Below are positions 52,144 to 64,000 of a stretch of 64,000 bases of DNA, in pieces (within the stretch, counting starts at the first letter, position 1; the number at the start of each line of letters is the position of its first letter). The translations under genes were made by a program, and so were the position numbers. The DNA is from Octopus vulgaris (lineage: Eukaryota): assembly GCA_951406725.2 (NCBI GenBank), contig OX597832.1:57536001-57600000 (forward strand), in the 5' to 3' direction. The notes beneath the pieces were generated by a model. That model saw nothing but the letters and a program-made list of their open reading frames with translations. It made no database searches and had not been told where the DNA came from.

Positions 52144-53052
52144 GTAAGTTTTTAAACCCAGCATTTTTCAAATTTCAAATTTCATGTTGTGCTCAGCTCA
52201 TTAAGTCTACATCTAATTCTTTGCCATTGTGTTAAAAAAAAAAAAAATCAAGAAAAAAAAAAAAAGAAAGTAAAAAGATTTCTGGTTAAATGCCGTAGAG
52301 AAGTTAAGAACTTTTGAATAGTACTAATTAAATTTTCTCTAATAGGTTTCTGAAATTAAAGCCTGAGAAATCAAATTTTGAATATTAACCAAAGAAACAT
52401 AAATTCCTTGTTATTTCTTTCTCTTTTGTTTTTTTTTTTTCCTCTTCACTCTTTTCGGTATGATGAAGAATTTCCTTGAAGTGAAATGAAATGATAAAAA
52501 ACGAAGACATATCTTGTATTAAAATTCATAAACATCTATTCTACTAGAATTTTCATTGTAAAAATTATCCGTACCTCTAGGATAATAGAGATATCCAAAA
52601 TTTCTGTTGAAAATGCCCCAAAGTGCAACCATGCAATATAAATGCAGTTTGAAATAGACACTTTGTTGTTTCTTCTTATTGCATAATTACATTAGGTATT
52701 GAACTATGCCTCCTGCTGCGCAACTGGCTAGTTAGAAAGATCCCTACTGGGATGTAGAAATCTCCCTATTTTATTTCCCTATGTAACAGCTGAGAATGTC
52801 TTTGCTTTATACCCTGTCATTGTAATGTAATTAGCTTAATTAAAACAAATTCTGCACTCCAGTTCCACAGCCCCTGCAACCAAACAACTTATAAATTTGA
52901 TATTTGCTCTATAATTAAAAACCGCAAAGGCCCATTATTTTCCTAAAATTATTCATATGTACTAATTAAGGAATGCCAAGTTGCCTGATGAAGGCTACTT
53001 CCCTGATAGCAAACAACTATTTTCTGCTTCCTTTTCTCTCCATTTCTCTCTC

Positions 53053-53099
<47 letters not shown>

Positions 53100-53232
53100 C
53101 TATCTCTCTCTTTCTCCCCGCTCACTCTCTCTCTATATATATATATACATATGTATACATATATATATTTGTATCTATCTATCTATCCATCCCTCTGTCT
53201 GTCTGTCTGTTTGTCTGTCTATCTAGCTATTT

Positions 53233-53275
<43 letters not shown>

Positions 53276-54877
53276 CACACACATATGTATATGCATATGT
53301 ACATATATAAATCCCTGTATATATATGTGCATATATACATATGTTCATTTGTGTGTATATATGGGTATATATATATATAGACATATATACATCAATATAT
53401 ATGCATGTGTGTGTGTTACTGTTTCTATTGGAGTTTTAAAGAAATTAACTTCATTAAGAAGTGATAGGCTTAGATAATCTTTATGTCATAGTGAAAATAT
53501 TTGAGTAATTCTTCTCTGGTAAGCTTGTTTTTAACTTTATTTCAACTCTCTCTCTCTCTCCCTCCTTCATCTTCATTTTCTCCTCCATGCATTTCAACAC
53601 AGCTTTCCCTCTTTGATACGTTCTTCAACTTGTTACTCACCCAGTTTGCTATCGTCGTTGGCCCCTATGAAGAATACACCATCCTGCCATACCCACACAC
53701 ACACACACACATGCACGCCCACACTGTTCCTTCTATTCTTCTTCTTCCATTAGAATCTCTCTCTCTCTCTCTCTGTCTCTAATCACCAAATTATTTTAGG
53801 TTCCAAAAACCCCCCATATTCATCAAAACCAGCTCAGCCCATCCATTTCCCACCAAAATACAGCCACATATAACTCATCTGCGACCAATGGCTTTTAAAA
53901 CCTTGATAAAATTATTCAGTTTGTTATCACAGTTAATTATCTTTCTGAAAGAAATATATCCTACATTCTTCCATACCACCATGCAATTAACTTTTCGACC
54001 TTATTTCATATTACATTCACCATCTCTTTTTGTAATTAGTTCAGATTATTTAATTGGCAAATATCAACGAAATCAGTTATATAGTTTTTTTTTGTTATCT
54101 TTTTCTACTTTTCTTGTTCTTGTTCTTCATCTTCTTCTCTTTTCTCTGTTTCTATTCTAGTATTTTTAAAAAAATTTTTTATATATTTATGATTTTGCTG
54201 TTTTTCTTTCTTTTTTTTTGGTTTTCGTAAATTTTTCAGGGTGTTTTTTTTTTATCCGTTTTGTTTTGTTAATTGGTGAGGATGGTGAATTTAATATCTA
54301 ATTATAGTTAGTTGAAACAGATGAAAGACTCGTTGACTTATTAAGAGTCGGAATTAAAATAAGACTACTTATTAAAAGTAAAAGTTACTGGTGCAGTGGC
54401 AAAACTAGGCTGATCTACTCTCCGTCCCTGCCCACCACCACACACACGCACCACACCCAACCAATGCCAAATATTCTAATAAGACTAACTTTCTGCTAGA
54501 CTCCAATCAGATGAAAGAAAATGTCAGACATGCATCTATTGAATTTTAAAAATATTTTTTTGTTATTTTCTTTTGATTTGATATTTTTTAATGTTTTTTT
54601 TTTGTTGTTGTTTTTAATTTCTTGTCTCATGCAGCAATTATGGATGCTGGCTGTAGAATATTGTCAAAATGTGAAATTATCAACTGATGACACTAATTAG
54701 TAAATGGGTCAATATCGTAACTGCTAATGGAATCCACTGTTGGTTGATTACGGGTCACTGAGAGGCTTTTTTTTTTTTGCACTTTTCTTTCATTTTTTTT
54801 TCCAAATTTCACTGAATTACATCAGTAATTTCAGTTTCATTTCAGCCGTAAATGTATTTTGAAAGACAGCATGTGTA

Positions 54878-54908
<31 letters not shown>

Positions 54909-55035
54909 ATGTATTTTCCCAAAGATAGTATTGCAACAGTCGTTTGCTATACTTTCAATCGATCAGTTGATTAAACCAAACCATGAACACAACCAAAATT
55001 TGTATTTGAAACAGCTGTAAGTCTATAACGCATAT

Positions 55036-55365
55036 CAGCACTGCCCCGACTGGCCTCCATGCCGGTGGCACGTAAAAAGCACCATCTGATCGTGGCTATT
55101 GCCAGCCTCGCCTGGCCTCCGTGCTGGTGGCACGTAAAAAGCACCATCCGATCGTGGCCATTTCCCAGCCTCATCTGGCACCTGTGCTGGTGGCACAAAA
55201 AAAGCACCCACTACACTACAGTGGATGGCGTTAGGAAGGGCATCCAGCCGTAGAAACATTGCCAGATCAGACTGGGTCTGGTGCAGCCTTCTGGCTTCCC
55301 AGACCCCAGTTGAACCGTCCAACGCATGCCAGCATGGAAATCGGATGCTAAACGATGAATGACGA
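55036..55365 (+). mobile_element. RTE-LINE 3' UTR with three tandem ~60-bp modules and tail
   Basis: Three GTGC(C/T)GGTGGCAC...AAAAAGCACC units, then the standard tail. Confidence 0.85.
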
Positions 55366-55639
55366 TGAACGACAAATATATAAAGCCCATTACTTACGAC
55401 CTTTCATTTTATATACCATTTTGTGAAAATACACTGTATCACCATGGTAACACAAACTCAGATTTATAAATTTGACAGATAATGGACTTTGTCTTTGGAT
55501 TACCTGGATTTCAATACTAATTACAAGAACCCTTATTACTCTGGTGGCCTTGTATCTTCAGTGTGCTTAAAATGTATTTTATCCGGATTATTAATCCCTC
55601 ATTGATAACTCTTTGTTCCGATATATATGTGTGTGTGTA

Positions 55640-55674
<35 letters not shown>

Positions 55675-55677
55675 ATT

Positions 55678-55910
55678 AGGGTGGCAAGCTGGCAGAATCG
55701 TTAGCATCCCGGCAGAAATGCTTAGCAGTGTTTTCTCTGCTGTTACGCTCTGAGCTCGAATTCCGCCAAGGTCAACTTTACCTTTCATCCTTTCGAGGTT
55801 GATTAAATATATATCAGTTTAACACTGGGGTCAATGTAACTGACTTAATCCCTTTGTCTATCCTTTTTTTCTCCTCTATGTTTAACCTCCTGTGGGCAAT
55901 AAAGATGTAA
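55678..55910 (+). mobile_element. SINE family B
   Basis: Similarity to 962-1195. Confidence 0.85.
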
Positions 55911-55963
55911 ATATATATATATATATATATATACATACACACATATACATATACATATTTATT

Positions 55964-57633
55964 TCTTGGCCAAAGATAAACCTCTGTACCTGGCTTTTGT
56001 TGACATGGAGAAAGCTTTTGACAGGGTCCGCCGATCCCTTATCTGGTGGTCAATGAGGAAACTAGGGATAGATGAATGGTTAGTGAGAGCTGTGCAAGCC
56101 ATGTACAGAGACATTGTCAGTAAGGTGAGGGTTAGCAAGGAGTACAGTGAAGAATTCCGGGTAGAGGTAGAGGTCCACCAAGGTTCAGTCCTCAGCCCCC
56201 TCCTATTTATCATAGTCCTCCAGGCAATAACAGAGGAATTCAAGACAGGATGCCCCTGGGAGCTCCTCTATGCTGACAACCTTGCTCTAATTGCTGAATC
56301 ACTATTAGAACTAGAGAAGTTTCAGGTGTGGAAGCAAGGATTAGAATCGAAGGGCCTTAGAGTCAACCTAGTTAAAACCAAAGTCCTAATAAGTAGGAGG
56401 GCAAACAAACCACAAATCCCTTCAGGTAGATGGCCCTGCTCAATCTGTAGAAAAGGCGTAGGTAGAAACTTTATAAGATGTACTCAGTGTAAGCTATGGA
56501 CACATAAGAGGTGCAGCAATATGAAAGGAAGGCTAACTGGGATGGTAGTTTTTGTATGTGGCGGATGCTCAGGAGCAATAAACACTGAAAACGTGCAGAG
56601 AACAACAACTGTCACATTCCAGGGAGAAAAACTAGAAGTAGTTGATAGCTTCCATTACCTAGGTGACCAAGTCAGTAACGGGGGAGGGTGCGCTAAAAGT
56701 GTAGCTGCTAGAATAAGAATAGCCTGGACAAAGTTCAGAGAGCTCCTACCTCTGCTGGTGACAAAAATCCTCTCGCTCAGAGTAAAAGGTAGACTGTATG
56801 ACGCATGTGTATGAACAGCCATGCTATATGGCAGTGAAATATGGGCTGTGACTGCCCATATGTGTAAGCTCGCAAGGAATGAAGCCAGTATGATCCAATG
56901 GATGTGTAATGTCAGTGTGCATACTCGACAGAGTGTAAGTACCTTGAGAGTAAAGTTGGACCTAAGAGGCATCAGATGTAGTGTGCAAGAGAGACGACTG
57001 CACTGGTATGGTCATGTGGTGAGAATGGATGAGGATAGCTGTGTGAAAAAGTGCGACACCCTAGTGGTTGAGGGAACCTGTGGAAGAGGTAGACCCAGGA
57101 ACACCTGGGTTGAAGTGGTAAAGCATGACCAGTGACTGAGACTTTTGGAAATATGCTGTGCTTGAGAAGACCCGGCAAGCCAAGTGAGACCATAACCTTA
57201 TGACCTAAGCCAGGGGTGTAACCAGCCCACTTATGCGTACCTTCCCTTCATTGAACACTGCTTGTGAAGACCTGTTGAGGCCAGTGAAATCAAAATCAAA
57301 ATTGATGACTGGCATCCTTGCTAGTGGAGCACTAAGAGCACCATGTACCATTCGAGTGTGATCGTTACCAGCGTCGCCTTACTGGCACTTGTGCGGGTGA
57401 CACGTAAAAAAACAAGATTTTTTTGTGGCTGTTGCCAGTTGACTGGCCCTCATGCTGGTGGCACGTAAAAGCACCCACTACTCTCTCGGAGTGGTTGGCA
57501 TTAGGAAGGGCATCCAGCTGTAGAAACTCTGCCAGATCAGAATTGGAGCCTGGTGCTGTCATCTGGTTCACCAGTCCTCAGTCAAATCGTCCAACCCATG
57601 CTAGCATGAAAAGCAGATGTTAAATGAATACGA

Positions 57634-57635
<2 letters not shown>
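55964..57635 (+). mobile_element. 5'-truncated RTE-type LINE with complete 3' UTR and (GAT)-type tail
   Basis: FVDMEKAFDRV, VHQGSVLSPLLF, LLYADNL, FHYLG, RRLHWYGHVVRM, GRGRPRNTW, with in-frame stops. Inserted between (TA)n tracts. Confidence 0.95.
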
Positions 57636-57670
<35 letters not shown>

Positions 57671-57894
57671 CTTTTGCTCTGTTATTTATTTCAGTCACTT
57701 GACTGCAGCCATGCTAGAGCACCACCTTTTAGTTGAAGAAATTGACCCCATGACTTATTCTTTCTAAGCCTGGTACTTATTCTATCAGTCTTGTTTGCTA
57801 AACTGCTAAGTTACGGGAATGTTAACACACTAATATTGGTTGTCAAGCGACGGTGGTGGGGATAAACACAGACACAAAGACACACATAAATACA

Positions 57895-57950
<56 letters not shown>

Positions 57951-57974
57951 GACATGTGTGTATGTGTGTATCTA

Positions 57975-58856
57975 TGGGGTCATCCCGTAAATAATGCAGT
58001 TTTTTTATACTTTTATTTTTCAAAATTAAGATAAGCAAAGTTCTTTTTTAATCTAAAACATACTCTCATTCATTTTCTGCAATGCTTTTCCATCTATCTG
58101 ATAGATGTGCAAGGTCCTTCTTCCGAAATTCACTTGTCCGTAACAAAAAATACTCCTCGAGTATTGTTCTGATCTCATCTACGGATTCATATTTTTTCTG
58201 TTCAAATTATTTTGAAGACTGCGGGATAAATGATTATCAGAAGGGTCAATGCCCAGTAAATATGGTGGATGGACATTGTTTCCTATACAGACTGCTCCAC
58301 CCTTTGGAATGTTATCCTCGCTGTATGGAAGAACACCTTTTGTCTTGAAAGCAAACATTGTCATTTTCCATCTAGCACTGATTTGAATGACTGGTTGAAT
58401 GACTAAATCCAATCTTCTCTGCTAGTCCCCCATCAGTGACAATGAGATTTTGATCCACTAGGATTTGCAGGACATCCTTGTTGAGCTCTGCTGATCTTCC
58501 AGGCTGTGGTTCCCGGCTCGGGGTTTCTGGAATCACCATTGACACTAGCTTACGCTTATTGTCCGATCCGTATATACTGCCTTAATATTTCTCACACTTT
58601 CCATTGCATTGTTGCCTTTATTGAACTCATAAAACAAAATATGCCAAATATGCTCCTTTGTCACTTTCATTATAGCTTTGGAAAAATAACTGTTAAAATC
58701 GAACTACCCTTTTCAAATCTTGCACTAAGAATAAGGACAGGGTAAAATTACTACCTGCTTTTTTTATAGCAGGTTGATGGCGGTAGTTTATCCTGTACCC
58801 CTCTGACTTTTAGTTCATGCAATTTCAAAAACTGCATTATTTATGTGATGATCCAA
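57975..58856 (-). mobile_element. Internally deleted mariner transposon
   Basis: ~30-bp TIRs (TGGGGTCATCCCGTAAATAATGCAGTTTTT / AAAAACTGCATTATTTATGTGATGATCCAA) with TA flanks. Minus-strand HPPYLLGIDPSDNHLSRSLQNNL is an eroded HPPYSPDLAPSDYHLFRSL. Confidence 0.9.
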
Positions 58857-59326
58857 TACATAGGCTTTATTTGGCCCTAAGCTATAGCAGAAAACACTTA
58901 CCCAAGATGCTATGCAGTGGGACTGAACCCAGAACCATGTGGTTGGTAAGCAAGGGACTTACCATACCACACAGTCACTCCTGTGCCTATATATATACGA
59001 TGGGCTCCTATCAGTTTCTCTCTACCAGATCCACTCACAAGGCTTTGGTTGGCCCGAGGCTATAGCAGAAAACATTTACCCAAGATGCTATGCAGTGGGA
59101 CTGAACCCAGAACCATGTGGTTACGCCTCTTACCAAACGCCTATGCCTAATATTAAGGTAATAAATGAGGAAAAAAGTTGCATGGAAAAGTGGATGTTAA
59201 ATGACGATAATGATATGTGTGTGTGTCTGTGTGTCTGTGTTTGCATTTACATTGATACTGCTTTAAAAAAAAAGCAAAAACACCAGTCTCTATGTCTCAT
59301 GTGATTTTATCAGGGGTCAATATATA

Positions 59327-59556
59327 TTTCTTTACTACCCACAAGGGGCTAAACACAGAGGAGACAAACAAGGACAGACAAACGGATTAAGTCGATTACA
59401 TCGACCCCAGTGCGTAACTGGTACTTAATTTATCGGCACCGAAAGGATGAAAGGCTAAGTCAACCTCGGCGGAATTTGAACCCTGAACGTAACGGCAGAC
59501 GAAATACGGCTACACATTTCACCCGGCATGCTAATGTTTCTGCAGGCTCACCGCCC
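59327..59556 (-). mobile_element. SINE family B
   Basis: Reverse complement of 962-1195. Confidence 0.87.
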
Positions 59557-59953
59557 TCAGGGGTCAATATAATTGACTAAAATCCTTTACGATGGTACCA
59601 CATTATGAGTAGTTTTCAGTGACTAACAGAAATTCAGTAAAAGAATTACGACTAATGTATTAGTTAGTCATGGTTTCAAAGTCCCTGAGCGACCAACATT
59701 TAGTTTCATTCAATACATTAGTATCACGGAGAGTGTTAGATATTCAACACTTTAAATTACTAAACTCGTTAACATGATTAATAAACTGCATTCCATACAA
59801 TGTCTGCAGAAAACCACACACATTCTCATTAACCAGGAAATATTTTATTTATTTATGTGTAAATGTGATTATTAAGACAGACGATATAACACCATGGGAA
59901 TCTAGTTCTAGTTCTGTAACCCATTCTCTTCTCTGTCTTTAGACAATACACAA

Positions 59954-60353
59954 GGCGCAGGAGTGGCTGTGTGGTAAGTAGCTTGCTTACCAACCACATG
60001 GTTCCGGGTTCAGTCCCACTGCGTGGCACCTTGGGCAAGTGTCTTCTACTATAGCCTCGGGCCGACCTAAGCCTTTTGAGTGGATTTGGTAGATGGAAAC
60101 TGAAAAGAAGCCCGTCGTATATATGTATATATATATATGCATGTGTGTGTTTGTGTGTCTGTGTTTGTCCCCCTAGCATTGCTTGACAACCAATGCTGGT
60201 GTGTTTATGTCCCCGTTACTTAGTAGTTCGGCAAAAGAGACCGATAGAATAAGTACTGGGCTTACAAAAGAATATGTCCCGGGGTCGAGTTGCTCGATTA
60301 AAGGTGGTGCTCCAGCATGGCTGCAGTCAAATGACTGAAACGAGTAAAAGAGA
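59954..60353 (+). mobile_element. tRNA-derived SINE family A, young full-length copy
   Basis: A-box GTGGCTGTGTGG, B-box GGTTCAGTCCC, core GCACCTTGGGCAAGTG, internal (TA/TG)n and tail GAGTAAAAGAG. CpGs are retained. Confidence 0.92.
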
Positions 60354-60831
60354 GAGTAACTCATCGAAGTTAATAGGGGGAGCTATGAACTGCCGATGTG
60401 TAAAAGCGAATGAAAATTCCTCAAATGGTCTTTTGTCTTGAAGACTAAAGCTAGACAAGGCTGATGAGTGGCTAAGGTGTTCATATGGCAACCATGAGGT
60501 TTTGGGTTCAGTCCCACTACGTTGTATCATGGGAATGCATCTTCTATTTTCCCTTCGGTCTGACCAATGCCATATAAGTGATCACACTAGATAGAAACTG
60601 TGTGGAAGCTTATCCAGTGTGTGAGTGTGAATAGTGCTCAGACACACAACAACATATGTGTGTGTGTGTGTGTGTAACTCTTCACTTCTGTTATGGTCAT
60701 TTGGTCAGTTGGTCATCAAAAAATAAATAGTTCAGTGCCAGTGAGGATGGGATTGTCTCCCTTAGAGCAGTTTTTTTGTGGACCAAAAACAGGGGAACAA
60801 GGGAGCCATCCCTTGGGCTGCTTTTTGATTG

Positions 60832-60873
<42 letters not shown>

Positions 60874-60877
60874 ATGT

Positions 60878-61385
60878 GGAGGCGCAATGGCCCACTGGAT
60901 AGGGCAGCGGACTTGCAGTCATAGGATCGCAGTTTCGATTCCCAGACCAGGCATTGTGAGTGTTTATTGAGCGAAAACACCTAAAGCTCCACGAGGCTCC
61001 AGCAGGAGGTGGTCGCGAACCGTGCTGTACTCTTTCACCACAAATTTCTCTCACTCTTTCTTCCTGTTTTTGTTGTACCTGTATTTCAAAGGGGCCAGCC
61101 TTGTCACACTCTGTGCCATGCTGAATATCCCTGAGAGCTACGTTAAGGGTACATGTGTCTGTGGAGTGCTCATCCACACGCATGTTAATAAATGAGCTGC
61201 GACGTCACTGGTGCCAAGCTGTATTGGCCTTTGCCTTTCCCTAGGATAACATCAGTGGCATGGAGAGGGGAGGCTGGTATGCATGGGTGACTGTTGGTCT
61301 TCCATAAACAACCTTGCTTGGACTTGTGCCTTGGAGGGTAACTTTCTAGGTGCAATCCCGTGGTCATTCATGACTGAAGGGGGTC
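60878..61385 (+). mobile_element. SINE family D fused to the 3' half of SINE family C
   Basis: 60878-61185 matches the family at 11740. 61190-61385 matches 15782-15980. Confidence 0.75.
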
Positions 61386-61434
<49 letters not shown>

Positions 61435-62454
61435 AAACATGTATACATTATTCAACCCTAGCCAGGATGGAACATGGATGTTGATGATGATATATATAAA
61501 TGTCAATACCATTGCTGCCTGACTGGCCCCTGTGCTGGTGGCATGTAAAAAAGCATCCATTACACTCTTGGAGTGGTTGGCATTAAGAAGGGCATCCAGC
61601 TGAGGAAACCTTGTCACATCAGATTGGAGCCTGAGGTAGCCTCCTGGCTTGCCAGTCCTCGGTCAAACTGTCCAGCCCATGGTAGCATGGAAAATGAATT
61701 TTAGATAATGATGATGATGATGATGTTTGTCTGATAAGAATTTGTAAACTTTGAAAGATAAGAAAGGAATGATCTTTAACACTGGAAGAATTTGAAGAAG
61801 AAAAAGCTCTAAATAATAGATTATAAATATTGGCTTAAAAAGAAAACCCTCAGATAGTAAAGAGTTAAGAGCCGTCTTTGAGATTTGATAGATGTTCTAC
61901 CATCGGACCAAAGCAACCCTTCAAGTTTCTTCATCAGTTTTTGATGCTTTGTTCTAGCCAGTGAGAACTTTATGTTGTTTACACCATAAGGATTTAGAAA
62001 TGTTGAGAGAACATGAAATCAGTAACCACTCTTGTATTACAAATTTCCTGCTGTTCTGTCACATTGTTGTCACAGCTCCACCAAGGTGTGACTCCTGTAT
62101 TGCAGCCCTGTCACATTTCTTCATTCCATACCAGTCATTACTGTTACACTACTGTATCTGAATCTCCGCTACATATCCCAGTCAGTCTCACTTCAGTGTT
62201 GCAGCCCTGTCACATTACGTATCCAGCCAGCTCAGCTTCGTTATCATTCCATTACTGATTAATCTCTTGTGGTTCTTATACGCTTGTTCTGTCGCAGCTT
62301 GCTTGACATCTCTGACTATTTCTGCTACCTAAAAAGCTGTCACCACTCTGTCTTGACAGCTTTGGATGTAAACTGCATGCTGCTCTCAACCAGATCAGTG
62401 TAGATTTTAGAGACTTTGTTGTTTCGGATTTATAGAAAAAAATGTGTAGAAGTC

Positions 62455-62774
62455 TGTAGTATATATATATATACACATACACACACATTTGTATATATGT
62501 ATGTATATATCCATATATATAACTATATATATGTATGTACACATATATGCACACATACACTCACACACATATGTATGTTTGTATGTTTGTGTATGTATAA
62601 ATATATGTGTGTATGTGTGTGTGTGTGTGTATGTGTTTGTGTGTGTATATATATATTTATATGTGTGTATATGCATGTGTATGTTTTATATAAATATATG
62701 TATAAATATGAATGTATATGCCTGTGTGTATACATACACACACAAACACACATATATAGGATATGTGATATGTG

Positions 62775-62811
<37 letters not shown>

Positions 62812-62916
62812 ATGTATATGTGTATGTATATGCATGTATATACATACGTGCATGTATATGTGTATGTGTATGTATATGCATATGTGTGTATATATATATA
62901 CACACATATACACACA

Positions 62917-62954
<38 letters not shown>

Positions 62955-63010
62955 TACATATACATATATGTATTTATACACATGTACATATCTGTCTATA
63001 TATGTATATA
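62455..63010. repeat. Compound (TA)n/(TG)n microsatellite
   Basis: Read directly. Confidence 0.95.
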
Positions 63011-64000
63011 AGCATTGCACAGCCATTTGCTCTTTTCCTCACACGATTTTTCTTGACACCAAATCGTCACCAGGATATTTCTCTTATTTTTCATTTTTGT
63101 AATTGTATGTATTGTGTGTATGTGTGTGTGTGTCTGTCTGTCTGTGTGTCAATGTTTCAACGTTTGTTTGTTGGCGTTTACGTGTGCAGTTTGATAGCAT
63201 CTAAGATTGTAAAAGCGCGTGGCGGAGTCACTGATGCACTGCAAGAAAGTTATTTGAATGCAATGCACTTGTGAATTGCGTCTGTCTGTGTGTAAAAAAA
63301 AGGGCTTCTTGCACTGTGTGTGTATTCCGCTAATCACAACTCTTTGGTTGTCGTGGTGGTGGCGGTGGTGGGCGGTTGGCGCCATCGTTGTCCTTCGTTG
63401 CACCTGATAAGATACTTGATAAGCAGAAAATTAACTCAGCATATTTCAACGAAGAAAGAAAGAGAGGAAGATGGAACGAAGGGAAAATCCAAAGACTGAA
63501 AGAATGGTGGTGGTGGGGGGGGAATAAATTAATAAATAAATGAAAAGTTGAGATGAGAGAAAGAAAGGATAGAGAAAATGGTATTGTGCTAACAAATAAA
63601 TGAGAAAAATATAGAAAAAACCAAATTAGACAAAGACAAAAAATAATTAAAATGCCAAAAAATAAAATATAAAAATGTTCCAAAATAAATATTAAAAAAA
63701 AAAACTGAAAAACTCATACAAAATACTTGATGGATAAATAAAATTATTGTAGTGATGAAAAAAAAAAACTGATGCAAAATGAAGAGACTTATCTTCTATT
63801 GAAAGATCTTCTGTCTGCTACAGACGGCTGAGTATGGGGAGGTGGTGAAGAACAATAGGTTAAATCAGGAAATTTATGTGTGTGTGTGTGTGTGTGTGTG
63901 GATATACATATGACAGTGTATACACACACAAATATCCAAAGCCTGAAAGAGACAGGTTCCTGTTACAGGCCTGCAAAACTTGAAGTCACACGGAACTGGA

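Noticed and set aside
63228-63274. Minus-strand hairpin starting with a miR-33-like GTGCATTG
   Set aside because: The match is limited to the seed and the stem is too short for a Drosha substrate.

Overview
AT-rich, microsatellite-dense animal DNA. The SINE/LINE families and the (TA)n/(CA)n/(ATT)n load look like an octopod cephalopod genome; this is an inference from repeat content. The window lies almost entirely in giant introns of one + strand gene, IFT80. Two coding exons are visible: 19365-19429 (IHLFEVSTGKPVGDGKPICHK) and 52008-52143 (LEVVEIALDQ...FLKL). They join in phase across a 32.6-kb intron. The rest is four tRNA-headed SINE families, decayed RTE-type LINEs with a PHD finger inside the RT, a BovB-like and a HERO/RLE-like LINE remnant, mariner/pogo and piggyBac-type MITEs, and long simple repeats. 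Almost all listed ORFs are repeat artefacts. The most interesting unexplained signal is a dispersed set of type-I hammerhead ribozyme motifs from several unrelated sequence families. They resemble Penelope pseudo-LTRs and mostly sit beside (TA)n tracts. One has an intact core, lies on the IFT80 sense strand and is about 425 nt upstream of the exon acceptor. Related fold-back hairpins and a tandem pseudoknot-like LINE-tail module are also present. All structures were read by eye; no folding or database search was run.
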